A DNA stretch of 32,000 bases. It comes from Opitutales bacterium. Lineage in GTDB: Bacteria > Verrucomicrobiota > Verrucomicrobiia > Opitutales > PNEW01. Each line of letters starts with the position of its first letter. Positions within the stretch are counted from its first letter, which is position 1. The position numbers and the translations under genes are program-made. This document shows positions 8,513 to 16,537 of the stretch, piece by piece. Below the pieces are notes generated by a model, which saw nothing but the letters and a program-made list of their open reading frames with translations, ran no database searches and was not told where the DNA came from. The stretch lies in the NCBI GenBank assembly GCA_965219535.1, contig CBDCNV010000002.1, positions 1,440,001 to 1,472,000 of the forward strand, given 5' to 3'.

Positions 8513-9908
8513 TTAAGTGTTAGGTTAGGGTCGGTACAACCAGGACATGGTTTACAGATTTAGATCAAGACATGGTTTACACTTTGTGAGGGATGCTGAA
8601 CGGTAATCGGGTTATATAGTTAAGTTAATGTTATGCGGTTTTAGAGGTTTGGCTGGCATTGTTGGGGCCGCAAGCGGCCCCAATGAAAGCAGCCGTTGAA
8701 AGGTCAATCTGACCGATTCTGAGAGTGGCAAAGTAAACATCGAAGTGTACCGTGTCTAGTGGTTTTAGTCCAACGCTCCAACCGGCGAGGGCGGTGGAGA
8801 TAGGAATCTGGAAGCCATCGAGTTTGATAGACCCGCTTTTTGAGACCCGGCGAGTCATCAAATCATAGCTGATATCGGCAGGAGTGCCACCGTAAGGATG
8901 AGAGCTGTGCTGATAGATTTCAGAGGGCGTGCTCATGGCAAGAGCCGCATGGGGGCGTTCTTCATTGAAGGTCTTGCGCCACAGATCGAAGGCCACCTGT
9001 TGGGTGCGAAGATCGTCCTGGGCATGTTTTTGCAACTCCTCTTTGATATCGCGATGGAGACGCTCATGGGCACCGTTATCCTGGGGTTTACCCGGACGTC
9101 CACGCTCGAGATTGATCCCTAAGGCCAGCCACCAGGCCGCCAGTTTGCTCAGGCCCAGGACCGCATTGGCACTGGCAAAGGGACTGCCGTTGTCGCTGCG
9201 GATGCAAGCGGGAAGTCCATAGCGTTCAAAGAGTTTTGTGAAGCATTCACGCACCGCTTCGCTACGGGCTGAACTGAGCACCCGCACCTCTAATACATAG
9301 CGGCTCCATTCATCCCGTACCGTCAAAGGTTCACAACGGTTGCCATCAACGGTGTGCCACCACCCTTTGAAGTCTACGCTCCACACTTCGTTACAGCCAC
9401 TGGCCTTGACGCTGCGGTAAAGGCGTCCGCTTTTTTGAGCGCTTCTGCGCCGACGCTTTTGCACCAGTCCCGCACGTTCCAAGACCCGTTTCACGCTCGA
9501 GTCTGAGGGGGCCTTCCCGTAACGCCTCTGGTAAAGCTCGCGGATCTTGTAGGGGCCCCACGTCGGGTGATGATGCTTGAGTTTGATCAGCGTACATACT
9601 ACTGATTCGGATAGTTCCTGAACACTTCCATGCGGTCGGCGTGAGCGCTCGTGCAACCCCTCCATCCCTTCGCTCAGGAAGCGCTTCTTCCATTTATACC
9701 CTGTCGGTCGGCTGATCCCGTAGTCTTCACACAGCTCGTTCATCTTTACTCCCGGTTGCATCGATTCCAGGGCGAATTGGTATCTTTGGTCCATTTTATT
9801 TGTTTCCTTCCATGACATCATACCCCTTACTTAGCATCCTTCTTTCTTTGGCAATCTGTAAAGGATGTCCTGAACCTTTTGTGTAAAGAATGTCTTGAAC
9901 CTATACCG
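8513..9908 (-). mobile_element. IS481-like insertion sequence, copy 2 (element proper probably 8532..9908)
   Basis: Identical by eye to 1253..2648. Same orientation. Confidence 0.85.
8631..9821 (-). CDS. DDE transposase (HTH + rve), IS481-like
   Basis: 396-aa product identical to that of 1371..2561. Confidence 0.85.
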   Translation of the reverse strand: MMSWKETNKMDQRYQFALESMQPGVKMNELCEDYGISRPTGYKWKKRFLSEGMEGLHERSRRPHGSVQELSESVVCTLIKLKHHHPTWGPYKIRELYQRRYGKAPSDSSVKRVLERAGLVQKRRRRSAQKSGRLYRSVKASGCNEVWSVDFKGWWHTVDGNRCEPLTVRDEWSRYVLEVRVLSSARSEAVRECFTKLFERYGLPACIRSDNGSPFASANAVLGLSKLAAWWLALGINLERGRPGKPQDNGAHERLHRDIKEELQKHAQDDLRTQQVAFDLWRKTFNEERPHAALAMSTPSEIYQHSSHPYGGTPADISYDLMTRRVSKSGSIKLDGFQIPISTALAGWSVGLKPLDTVHFDVYFATLRIGQIDLSTAAFIGAACGPNNASQTSKTA

Positions 9909-9972
9909 GTATCGAAATCGGGATCCCTTCGACTGCGCTCAGCGCTCAGCGCTGGCGCGCGTGTTTTAAAAA

Positions 9973-10008
9973 AGTCTAAAGTCGAAGGTCGAAAGTCGAA
10001 AGCGGGGG
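9973..10008 (+). repeat. AGTCTAAAGTCGAAGGTCGAAAGTCGAAAGCGGGGG module
   Basis: See 5227-5266. Preceded by the GC core AGCGCTCAGCGCTGGCGCGCGTGTT (9941-9965). Confidence 0.9.
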
Positions 10009-10018
10009 AAGAATTCAG

Positions 10019-10060
10019 TGAACAGTGAACAGTGAACAGTGAACGGTGAACAGTGAAAGA
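10019..10060 (+). repeat. (GTGAACA)n heptamer array, about 6 units
   Basis: GTGAACAGTGAACAGTGAACAGTGAACGGTGAACAGTGAAAG. Shorter runs at 1209-1220, 5281-5293, 6797-6817 and 17613-17620. Confidence 0.9.
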
Positions 10061-10094
10061 GCACTGATACGCGTGTTAAGTTTTAAGTATTAGA

Positions 10095-10141
10095 TATCGG
10101 AATCGAAATCGGAATCGGGATCGGTATCGAAATCGGGATCC
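10095..10141 (+). repeat. ATCGNN hexamer array
   Basis: ATATCGGAATCGAAATCGGAATCGGGATCGGTATCGAAATCGGGATC, followed by CCTTCGACTGCGCTCAGCGCTGACGCGCG. Confidence 0.9.
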
Positions 10142-10188
10142 CTTCGACTGCGCTCAGCGCTGACGCGCGTCAAAAGGTCAAAAAGTCA

Positions 10189-10218
10189 CCAGCCGTCGCC
10201 AAGGCTATGGCCGGCAAG
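10189..10218 (+). repeat. 30-mer CCAGCCGTCGCCAAGGCTATGGCCGGCAAG
   Basis: Exact second copy at 31591-31620. Reverse or degenerate copies at 30550-30583, 17740-17761, 31925-31947 and 1177-1208. Confidence 0.9.
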
Positions 10219-10324
10219 AAAGGTCAAAAAGTAAATACGTTGCTTCAAGAATTGTCTAAATGATCCAAACTTATTCACCACCGACACCCGACACCTTTCA
10301 ACTCCTCCGTTAGGATTAATCCGC

Positions 10325-10351
10325 TGCCAAGGGCGTAGCCCGACATCCACC
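10325..10351 (+). repeat. REP-like hairpin unit (degenerate flank)
   Basis: TGCCAAGGGCGTAGCCCGACATCCACC, preceded by the leader TCCGTTAGGATTAATCCGC (10306-10324). Confidence 0.7.
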
Positions 10352-10431
10352 ATCGATTGGGATCGCCGCGTCATTTAGTACAAAAAGATCGACATGATCC
10401 CTTTTGGGTTTCCTGATATCTTAGAGTGAAA

Positions 10432-10821
10432 ATGGAAAAATGTGTATTCTGTAATTTAGAATGTGATCCTGATATTAAAATTCTTTTTAAGAACGAGCGG
10501 GTGTTTTATTGCCAGCATGAAAGATATCAAGGTTCACTGAAATATTCTGGGGCCATTGTGCCTGTTAAACACCGGGAAACCGTATTTGATCTTATAGCAG
10601 ACGAAATAGACGCGACATTCAAGATGTTGATAGAAGTTAAGGATTGGCTTGCTGAGAACTATCAGCCAGATGGTTATAATGTAGGCTGGAATTGTTTTGA
10701 AATTGGTGGTCAGCAACTGCCTCTTCATGCTCATATGCATGTGATTCCAAGATTTAGGCAAGAACCACTAGCTGGAAAAGGTATCAGATCTCTCCTGAAA
10801 TCTGATCAAAACAAATGGTAA
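10432..10821 (+). CDS. HIT (histidine triad) family protein
   Basis: Histidine triad HAHMHVIPR near the C-terminus and N-terminal CVFC. ATG 10432 is preferred over the GTG at 10426 in the ORF track. Confidence 0.75.
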   Translation: MEKCVFCNLECDPDIKILFKNERVFYCQHERYQGSLKYSGAIVPVKHRETVFDLIADEIDATFKMLIEVKDWLAENYQPDGYNVGWNCFEIGGQQLPLHAHMHVIPRFRQEPLAGKGIRSLLKSDQNKW

Positions 10822-10823
10822 TA

Positions 10824-10844
10824 TTTAAATTCTACGTTTGACCC
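10824..10844 (+). promoter_or_regulatory. conserved 21-nt upstream motif (copy 4)
   Basis: Exact 21-mer starting 3 nt after the HIT stop and 107 nt upstream of the sulfatase ATG (10952). Followed by CTTTTGCCTTTCCCC. Confidence 0.5.
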
Positions 10845-10951
10845 CTTTTGCCTTTCCCCAACCAATTTTTAAATCAGCTCAGACAACTAGATGGATATAA
10901 AGCTGGATTGACGGTGCGGAGGAAGGGTCTCTATGCTTGCGAGACTGCGTC

Positions 10952-12403
10952 ATGCCAGACCATCCGAACATACTGTTCATCTTCACCGACCAGCAGCGAG
11001 CGGACACTTTGGCCTGTTACGGCAACACGCTCATCCACACGCCTAACCTCAACTCCCTGGCTGACGGGAGCTTCGTCTTCGAGAACGCCTACGTAAGCAC
11101 TCCCATCTGCGCGCCCTCGCGATCGACCATCATGACCGGCACCTGGCCCCACACGAACGGGTTAGTGAAGAACAACATACCGCTGAATCCATCCGTACAG
11201 ACGATCGCGGAAATGCTCCCGGAGGAGTACCTGACGGCGAACTACGGCAAGTGGCACCTGGGCGACGAGGTCATCCGGCAACACAGCTTCGACCGGTGGG
11301 TAAGCATCGAGGACGATTCCTCCCACCGCAAGTTCTACTCCGATCCACGGTACCTATCGGTGTTCAGCGACTACCACCACTTCCTGATCGAGAAGGGCTT
11401 CAAGCCCGACATGGAATCCGAGGGGGCTATGATTTTCTCCCAGCCCTACGCGGCTGCACTGCCGGAGGAGTACACGAAGGCCATGTTCTTGGGGGACGAG
11501 GCAGCCAGGTTCATCCACGACAACCGGGACCGGCCCTTCGCGCTCTACGTGAGCATATTCGAGCCGCACCCTCCCTACAACGGGCCCTTCAACAATCTGC
11601 ATGACCCGCAGTTGATCCCGGTAAACCCCGTCTTCATGAAGGATCCACCCGACAACGCTACCCAGCTCCACAAGTTTCGAGTCAGGGAAACCCAGATGGG
11701 AGGGGGCTTTGACGAGGACATCTCCGGGCGGCTCGACGAGGCCTACTGGCGGGCGCTGGTAGCTCGCTACTGGGGGCTGGTGACGCTGGTGGACGGGGCT
11801 GTGGGCCGAATCCTCGGGGCGTTGGAGGAGGCGGGGATAGCTGACAACACGATCGTCGTCTACACTTCCGATCACGGCGACCAGCTGGGCGACCACAACA
11901 TCATTCATAAGTCCTGCTTCTACGAACAGTCGATCAAGGTGCCGCTGCTCATGCGCGTGCCCTGGCTCGGCGAGAGGCAGACTCTCATCGAGGGTCGGTA
12001 CAGCCAAATCGATTTGGTACCCACCCTGCTAGACTTGGTCGGCGCGGACATCCCGGGGCATCTCCAGGGAGAGAGCCGGGCCGCCGTGCTGCGGGGCGAG
12101 GCGACGCTGGAAGACAACGACGTGATCATCGACTGGACCGGCCGCGTCCGCGTTCCCACCCACCCGTCAGACCAGGAGCATGTCCAGAGCACTCAACATC
12201 GCACCCTGATCTCGGCCGACGGCTGGAAGCTGACGCTGGCCCTGGGGTACCAGGGTGAGCTCTACGACTTGAACACTGACCCCTACGAAGACACGAACCT
12301 GTTCGACGAGCCGACGCACCGGGCCCGTATCCGGGAAATGTCGGCCCGCATCCGTAAGTGGCAGCGACGAACCGAGGACCCTGCTCAGCTTCCGGATGTC
12401 TGA
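10952..12403 (+). CDS. sulfatase (Cys-type, formylglycine-dependent)
   Basis: NILFIFTDQQRAD and the sulfatase signature C-A-P-S-R-S-T-I-M-T-G. Later motifs YGKWHLG and VYTSDHGD. ATG 10952 is preferred over the TTG at 10937. Confidence 0.85.
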   Translation: MPDHPNILFIFTDQQRADTLACYGNTLIHTPNLNSLADGSFVFENAYVSTPICAPSRSTIMTGTWPHTNGLVKNNIPLNPSVQTIAEMLPEEYLTANYGKWHLGDEVIRQHSFDRWVSIEDDSSHRKFYSDPRYLSVFSDYHHFLIEKGFKPDMESEGAMIFSQPYAAALPEEYTKAMFLGDEAARFIHDNRDRPFALYVSIFEPHPPYNGPFNNLHDPQLIPVNPVFMKDPPDNATQLHKFRVRETQMGGGFDEDISGRLDEAYWRALVARYWGLVTLVDGAVGRILGALEEAGIADNTIVVYTSDHGDQLGDHNIIHKSCFYEQSIKVPLLMRVPWLGERQTLIEGRYSQIDLVPTLLDLVGADIPGHLQGESRAAVLRGEATLEDNDVIIDWTGRVRVPTHPSDQEHVQSTQHRTLISADGWKLTLALGYQGELYDLNTDPYEDTNLFDEPTHRARIREMSARIRKWQRRTEDPAQLPDV

Positions 12404-12503
12404 AACATTTTATCCGAACCAACCCGTTAAAAACCTGCCTCTGCGCCACAAAATCGATTTCTTATTTGAATTAATCTGATTATTTTTATTCGAATACAAC
12501 ACA

Positions 12504-13235
12504 ATGGATAAGCGACACTGGACAGAGGGTGATCTTTCTCTTGCGAAAGGAAACATCGTTCAACATACGATCTTCCATAAAGAGGGTGAGAATAGTCCTG
12601 CATCGAACTTGCGCTATATCGAATCTTATTCCCATGGTTCGCTGGAAGCGGGAACAAGATCACTTGCCCATGTTAATGAGGGCATTCAGGAATTCTTCTT
12701 CATCCTGAATGGCACAGGAATATTAAGCACACCCTATGGAGAGCATTCGATTAGCGAGGGCGATGGCATACTCATGCCTCCAGGTATTGAACATACTATA
12801 ATAAATAACGGTAACATCACGCTGGAATTCTTAATGGTCGTTGAATCAATTGGCGATAAATCGGTTGTTAAAGCAACCAAACCACTCGTTCGCAACTATC
12901 GAGAAAGTGTTATGAGTATCAACCACTGGAGTTATCTGGGGTACCGGATTTTTGACGGGGAAGATGGTTTTAATGAGCTGGGGTATGTGGGTGTGGTATT
13001 AATCGATCCTCTTAGAACCGGTGATAATCATAGTCATGGACCCGATTTTGATGAAGTATGGTATATGTGGCGAGGTCAGGTTGTTCATATTGTTAGCCAG
13101 GAGGTCTGCATCCAAAGAGAGGGTACCGCGATTTCGGTGTGCCCCTGTCATCCAGGTCATACAATAATTAATCTGTCAAATGAACAAGTCTATTTTGTAT
13201 ATATCAGTAGCGTAAATCGAAATGATTCAGGCTGA
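12504..13235 (+). CDS. cupin-domain protein (possibly bicupin)
   Basis: 243 aa in an AT-rich gene. Two cupin-like segments: EFFFILNGTGIL...GDGILMPPGIEHTIINNG and GQVVHIV...ISVCPCHPGHTIINLS. Confidence 0.55.
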   Translation: MDKRHWTEGDLSLAKGNIVQHTIFHKEGENSPASNLRYIESYSHGSLEAGTRSLAHVNEGIQEFFFILNGTGILSTPYGEHSISEGDGILMPPGIEHTIINNGNITLEFLMVVESIGDKSVVKATKPLVRNYRESVMSINHWSYLGYRIFDGEDGFNELGYVGVVLIDPLRTGDNHSHGPDFDEVWYMWRGQVVHIVSQEVCIQREGTAISVCPCHPGHTIINLSNEQVYFVYISSVNRNDSG

Positions 13236-13782
13236 TAGTACGCAAATTAGAAGAACTATAGATAAAGTTCGTCTTCGCCTGATTCATCGTCCACATCGTA
13301 AATTGAATATTATAAATGATATAAATTATTTATGGACACAGATGAAAATTCGGCTGAAAACAAATATCATTTAATGTCTCACACTTATTATTCCGCAGAA
13401 AACTAGACATTAATTACAAGACAGGGGTATAACAATTAAAACCTTTGCTGTAAGCTGTGGGAGAATTAATTTTTTATAAACGTCCCCTTCGCGCGGTTGG
13501 GTTGGAAGCTGATCGGGTTTTGATTCGCAACGAAGCCCTTCGGACGTCGGCGACCTTCCTATTCCTCCACAACACCCAGTCGAAGCCACCCCATAGACAT
13601 CAATCCTAAAACCATTAACACCCAGTAACTCTCTCTGTAAATGATACGATTTATGATAATTACATAACTGGACTCGCTGCTAAGCTTTGGCGAGGCAAGC
13701 GAAGAGTTATTACCTTTTTTGGTTTGACTTCATTTAGCGTAGCACTCTATCAGGATAATGAATTGACAGAACCCCCTTGAAG

Positions 13783-14604
13783 ATGGCAATTGATCAACAA
13801 CAGAGAAAACAATTCGACGAACTGGGTTATCTCATTGTAGAACGACTGATCTCGGGAAACGATCTGCTTGAGCTTGACCGGATGATCGATTGTCTGCTCG
13901 ACGGTGAGCTTAAACCAGTGACAGATTACAAAGGTTGGTTACCCGATCAATTCTATACATTTTGGGAACCGGAAATGAAAGAACGAACGGATCTACCGCG
14001 ACGCGATCGTGTTCGACTCATGTCCTACATGTACCATCACCACCCCTATTTCAGGGCTATTGGCAGCCACCCCGCGATATACGAGGTGATTTCATTGCTT
14101 TACCAAACAGGGGTTCAGATATTTTGCGATACCCTGTTTAATAAGCCGGCTCACCACGGTATCAAAGCTGCGTTGCACCAGGATACTACCTTTTGGGGTA
14201 AGATCGAACCCAATGCCATGAACTTCTGGATGGCCATCGACCCCGCGACCGTTGAAAACGGATGCCTCCACATCATACCTGCAAGCCACAAGAAAGATCT
14301 ACCCCACCATGATCATCCGATCCAGGGACATATTCTCAACGACGACGAAGTGGACCTCAGTATACAGATCCCAATTGAGCTTGAGCCCGGGAACGCTATC
14401 TTTTTTGACAGCGGGTTGATCCACCGAAGCTATCCCAATCGGAGCGATCGCAGGCGCCGCGCCTATGCCGCTATCTACGGCACGGAAAATCAGCGACACA
14501 TCGAACCGTGGAAAACAACGAGCATTGCTGAGAAATCCCCGAACTACCAGTTCGAGTTGATCGCTCCCCATCAGCGCAGCGTAGCCGGCGAGGGAAAATT
14601 TTAA
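13783..14604 (+). CDS. phytanoyl-CoA dioxygenase (PhyH) family protein
   Basis: FDELGYLIVERL at the N-terminus, ALHQDTTFW (HxD), NGCLHIIPASH, and GLIHRSYPNRS (distal His). ATG 13783 is preferred over TTG 13777. Confidence 0.8.
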   Translation: MAIDQQQRKQFDELGYLIVERLISGNDLLELDRMIDCLLDGELKPVTDYKGWLPDQFYTFWEPEMKERTDLPRRDRVRLMSYMYHHHPYFRAIGSHPAIYEVISLLYQTGVQIFCDTLFNKPAHHGIKAALHQDTTFWGKIEPNAMNFWMAIDPATVENGCLHIIPASHKKDLPHHDHPIQGHILNDDEVDLSIQIPIELEPGNAIFFDSGLIHRSYPNRSDRRRRAYAAIYGTENQRHIEPWKTTSIAEKSPNYQFELIAPHQRSVAGEGKF

Positions 14605-14748
14605 ATGTAAGGTATAAGAAGTTAAGAGACTATACGTGTAAGCCGTAATAGCGAATATGCGGACGACGTAAATATCCACCTGAGGGCGGGGTGTTGCGGA
14701 GGTTTGCGGCGTCATAGTTCAGCCGCCGTGTTAGATGGCTTGTGTGCT

Positions 14749-14982
14749 TTAGACATAACCCTTGAACGTGAGGAAAGCCCCTAGCAAAGCCCAAAAGGCA
14801 CCGACAATTCTTGTCATTTTGGGACGATCCATCATCGCACCGCCAACTTTGTCCACGGTGCTTGGAGCGATGATCCTTGATGCTCCACTGACGACAAGCG
14901 CCCAACCAAACACAGTAACGATCAGGGACCAGTTCAGTGCCCAGACGTTATGTGTGTTCACAATCGAAAGTCCGGCTGTCAT
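14749..14982 (-). CDS. small hydrophobic protein (about 2 TM segments), function unknown
   Basis: 77-aa ORF with two hydrophobic stretches (WSLIVTVFGWALVVSG, IVGAFWALLGAFLTF). Loosely DUF2065-like from memory only. Confidence 0.4.
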   Translation of the reverse strand: MTAGLSIVNTHNVWALNWSLIVTVFGWALVVSGASRIIAPSTVDKVGGAMMDRPKMTRIVGAFWALLGAFLTFKGYV

Positions 14983-15233
14983 AGCGCTGACGCATCAGCG
15001 CGTGTTAAGTTTTATGTGTTAGGTGTTAGGTATCGAGTATCGGTATCGGGATCGGGTATCGGTATCGAAATCTTCCAATCCGCAATCTGAAATCCGATAT
15101 CCACAATTGATATGACCCCTTTTAACTTTCCCTTACTCGTATTTTTGCATCTATGCTTAACTTGCCTTGGGGTGCACCTCGGTGGTCGAGAGTTCGGGTA
15201 CGATATTGAATAAGGGTAAGCCATTGCGGAAAT

Positions 15234-15448
15234 CTTGAGTTTGATCAGCGTACATACTACTGATTCGGATAGTTCCTGAACACTTCCATGCGGTCGGCGT
15301 GAGCGCTCGTGCAACCCCTCCATCCCTTCGCTCAGGAAGCGCTTCTTCCATTTATACCCTGTCGGTCGGCTGATCCCGTAGTCTTCACACAGCTCGTTCA
15401 TCTTTATGCATCGATTCCAGGGCGAATTGGTATCTTTGGTCCATTTTA
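15234..15448 (-). mobile_element. internal fragment of the IS481-like transposase gene
   Basis: Matches 2316-2538 of the intact IS (transposase codons ~10-82) with an 8-nt deletion (CTCCCGGT, 2489-2496). Neither IS terminus is present. Confidence 0.85.
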
Positions 15449-15621
15449 CCCCGTAGTTTGTCGCGATACAGGCGATGTGCGGGGTTATAATAACGTTATC
15501 CAGATCCCATAGAGGATTGTTCAGATTTTTGAGAAAAATATCGCACATTCGCACCCCGTAGTTTGTCGCGATACAGGCGATGTGCGGGGTTATAATAACG
15601 TTATCCAGATCCCATAGAGGA
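15448..15621. repeat. 69-nt direct duplication (15448-15516 and 15553-15621) separated by 36 nt
   Basis: ACCCCGTAGTTTGTCGCGATACAGGCGATGTGCGGGGTTATAATAACGTTATCCAGATCCCATAGAGGA occurs twice. It encodes PLWDLDNVIITPHIACIATNYGV twice on the minus strand. Confidence 0.9.
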
Positions 15622-16537
15622 CTATCCGGCGGTAATGGTTCTTCACGAAAAACGTCTAAACCTGCACCTGCGAGATGACCATTTTTCAAGGCCTCGATTA
15701 ATTCCGGTTCTACTATCACCGTACCACGCGAAGAATTGTAGAGATAGGCGCCCGGTTTCATCGCATCGAGGAACCGCTTGTCGACAAGGTCTCTGGTTGT
15801 AGGTCCTCCGGTGACTGCCAGGACGACGTGATCCGCTTCGGCGAGAGCGCCGTAAAGCTCGTCGGTCGTATACAGTTTTTCGACCCAATCGGGTTTTTTT
15901 ATATCCTCGATGTCAACCGCGATTACACGCATCTGAAGACCGGAACACACCCGCGCGATTTGGGATCCGGTACTGCCGATACCTACGACACAGACAGTCG
16001 ATCCATTTAATTCTCCGCAGAAAAATTCCTCGCCGTTCAAGATAGTTCGGTTGAATTGCCGATTCTGTTTTCCCTGCATATGCAGTAAAATTCTTCGGCT
16101 GAAAAAGAGCATCATCGAGAGCGTATTTTCCGCAATGCCGATGGATGCTGCGCCCTTGATGTTGCACAGGGTAAAGTTGGGACGCGACTCAAATCCGTGA
16201 CCGAGGTAACCATCAAATCCCGCGCTGCCGAGTTGCAGTACACGCACGGGGGTTCCTTCCAACCAATCTGCTTTAGGATTGCCAACGACAAAATCCGCAC
16301 CCTCAAGGTGACTGCGATATTCTGCTTCAGGGATTTTGGGATCAATAACTTTCAACTCGGACCAGCCGGAGGCGGCATCTCTGAGTTGACTTAACAGTGC
16401 TTCCTTTAAAAACGGAATTGCGTAGAGAATTTGTGAGGACATAAATTAATATAGAACGGCAATTGATTTACTATCAAAATAAATTATTACATTTGATAAA
16501 AATTTTTCTCTTACGTTAGACCTCTTTTGATTTTCCT

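Larger units (their letters stand above)
15012..16442 (-). pseudogene. D-isomer-specific 2-hydroxyacid dehydrogenase with rearranged 3' end (chimeric ORF)
   Basis: About the first 310 codons are a normal D-2-HDH: VCVVGIGSTGSQIA NAD motif, SSRG, DVFREEP, ITPHIA. The ORF then runs into a duplicated 69-nt segment, an IS481-like transposase fragment and the ATCGNN hexamer array before the first stop. Confidence 0.7.

Noticed and set aside
10186-10374. Small ORFs in repeat spacers (10186-10374 -, 30341-30565 -, 31477-31686 -, 31734-31922 +)
   Set aside because: They are encoded by the 30-mer repeat, the 169-bp element or low-complexity modules (shared peptide AGHSLGDGW comes from the repeat). There is no RBS context.
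11354-12007. Long antisense or nested ORFs inside confident genes (11354-12007 -, 23514-24221 -, 27568-28146 +, 29346-29969 -, 7243-7743 +, 22905-23450 -)
   Set aside because: Each overlaps a gene that has clear family motifs on the other strand or frame, and none has motifs of its own.
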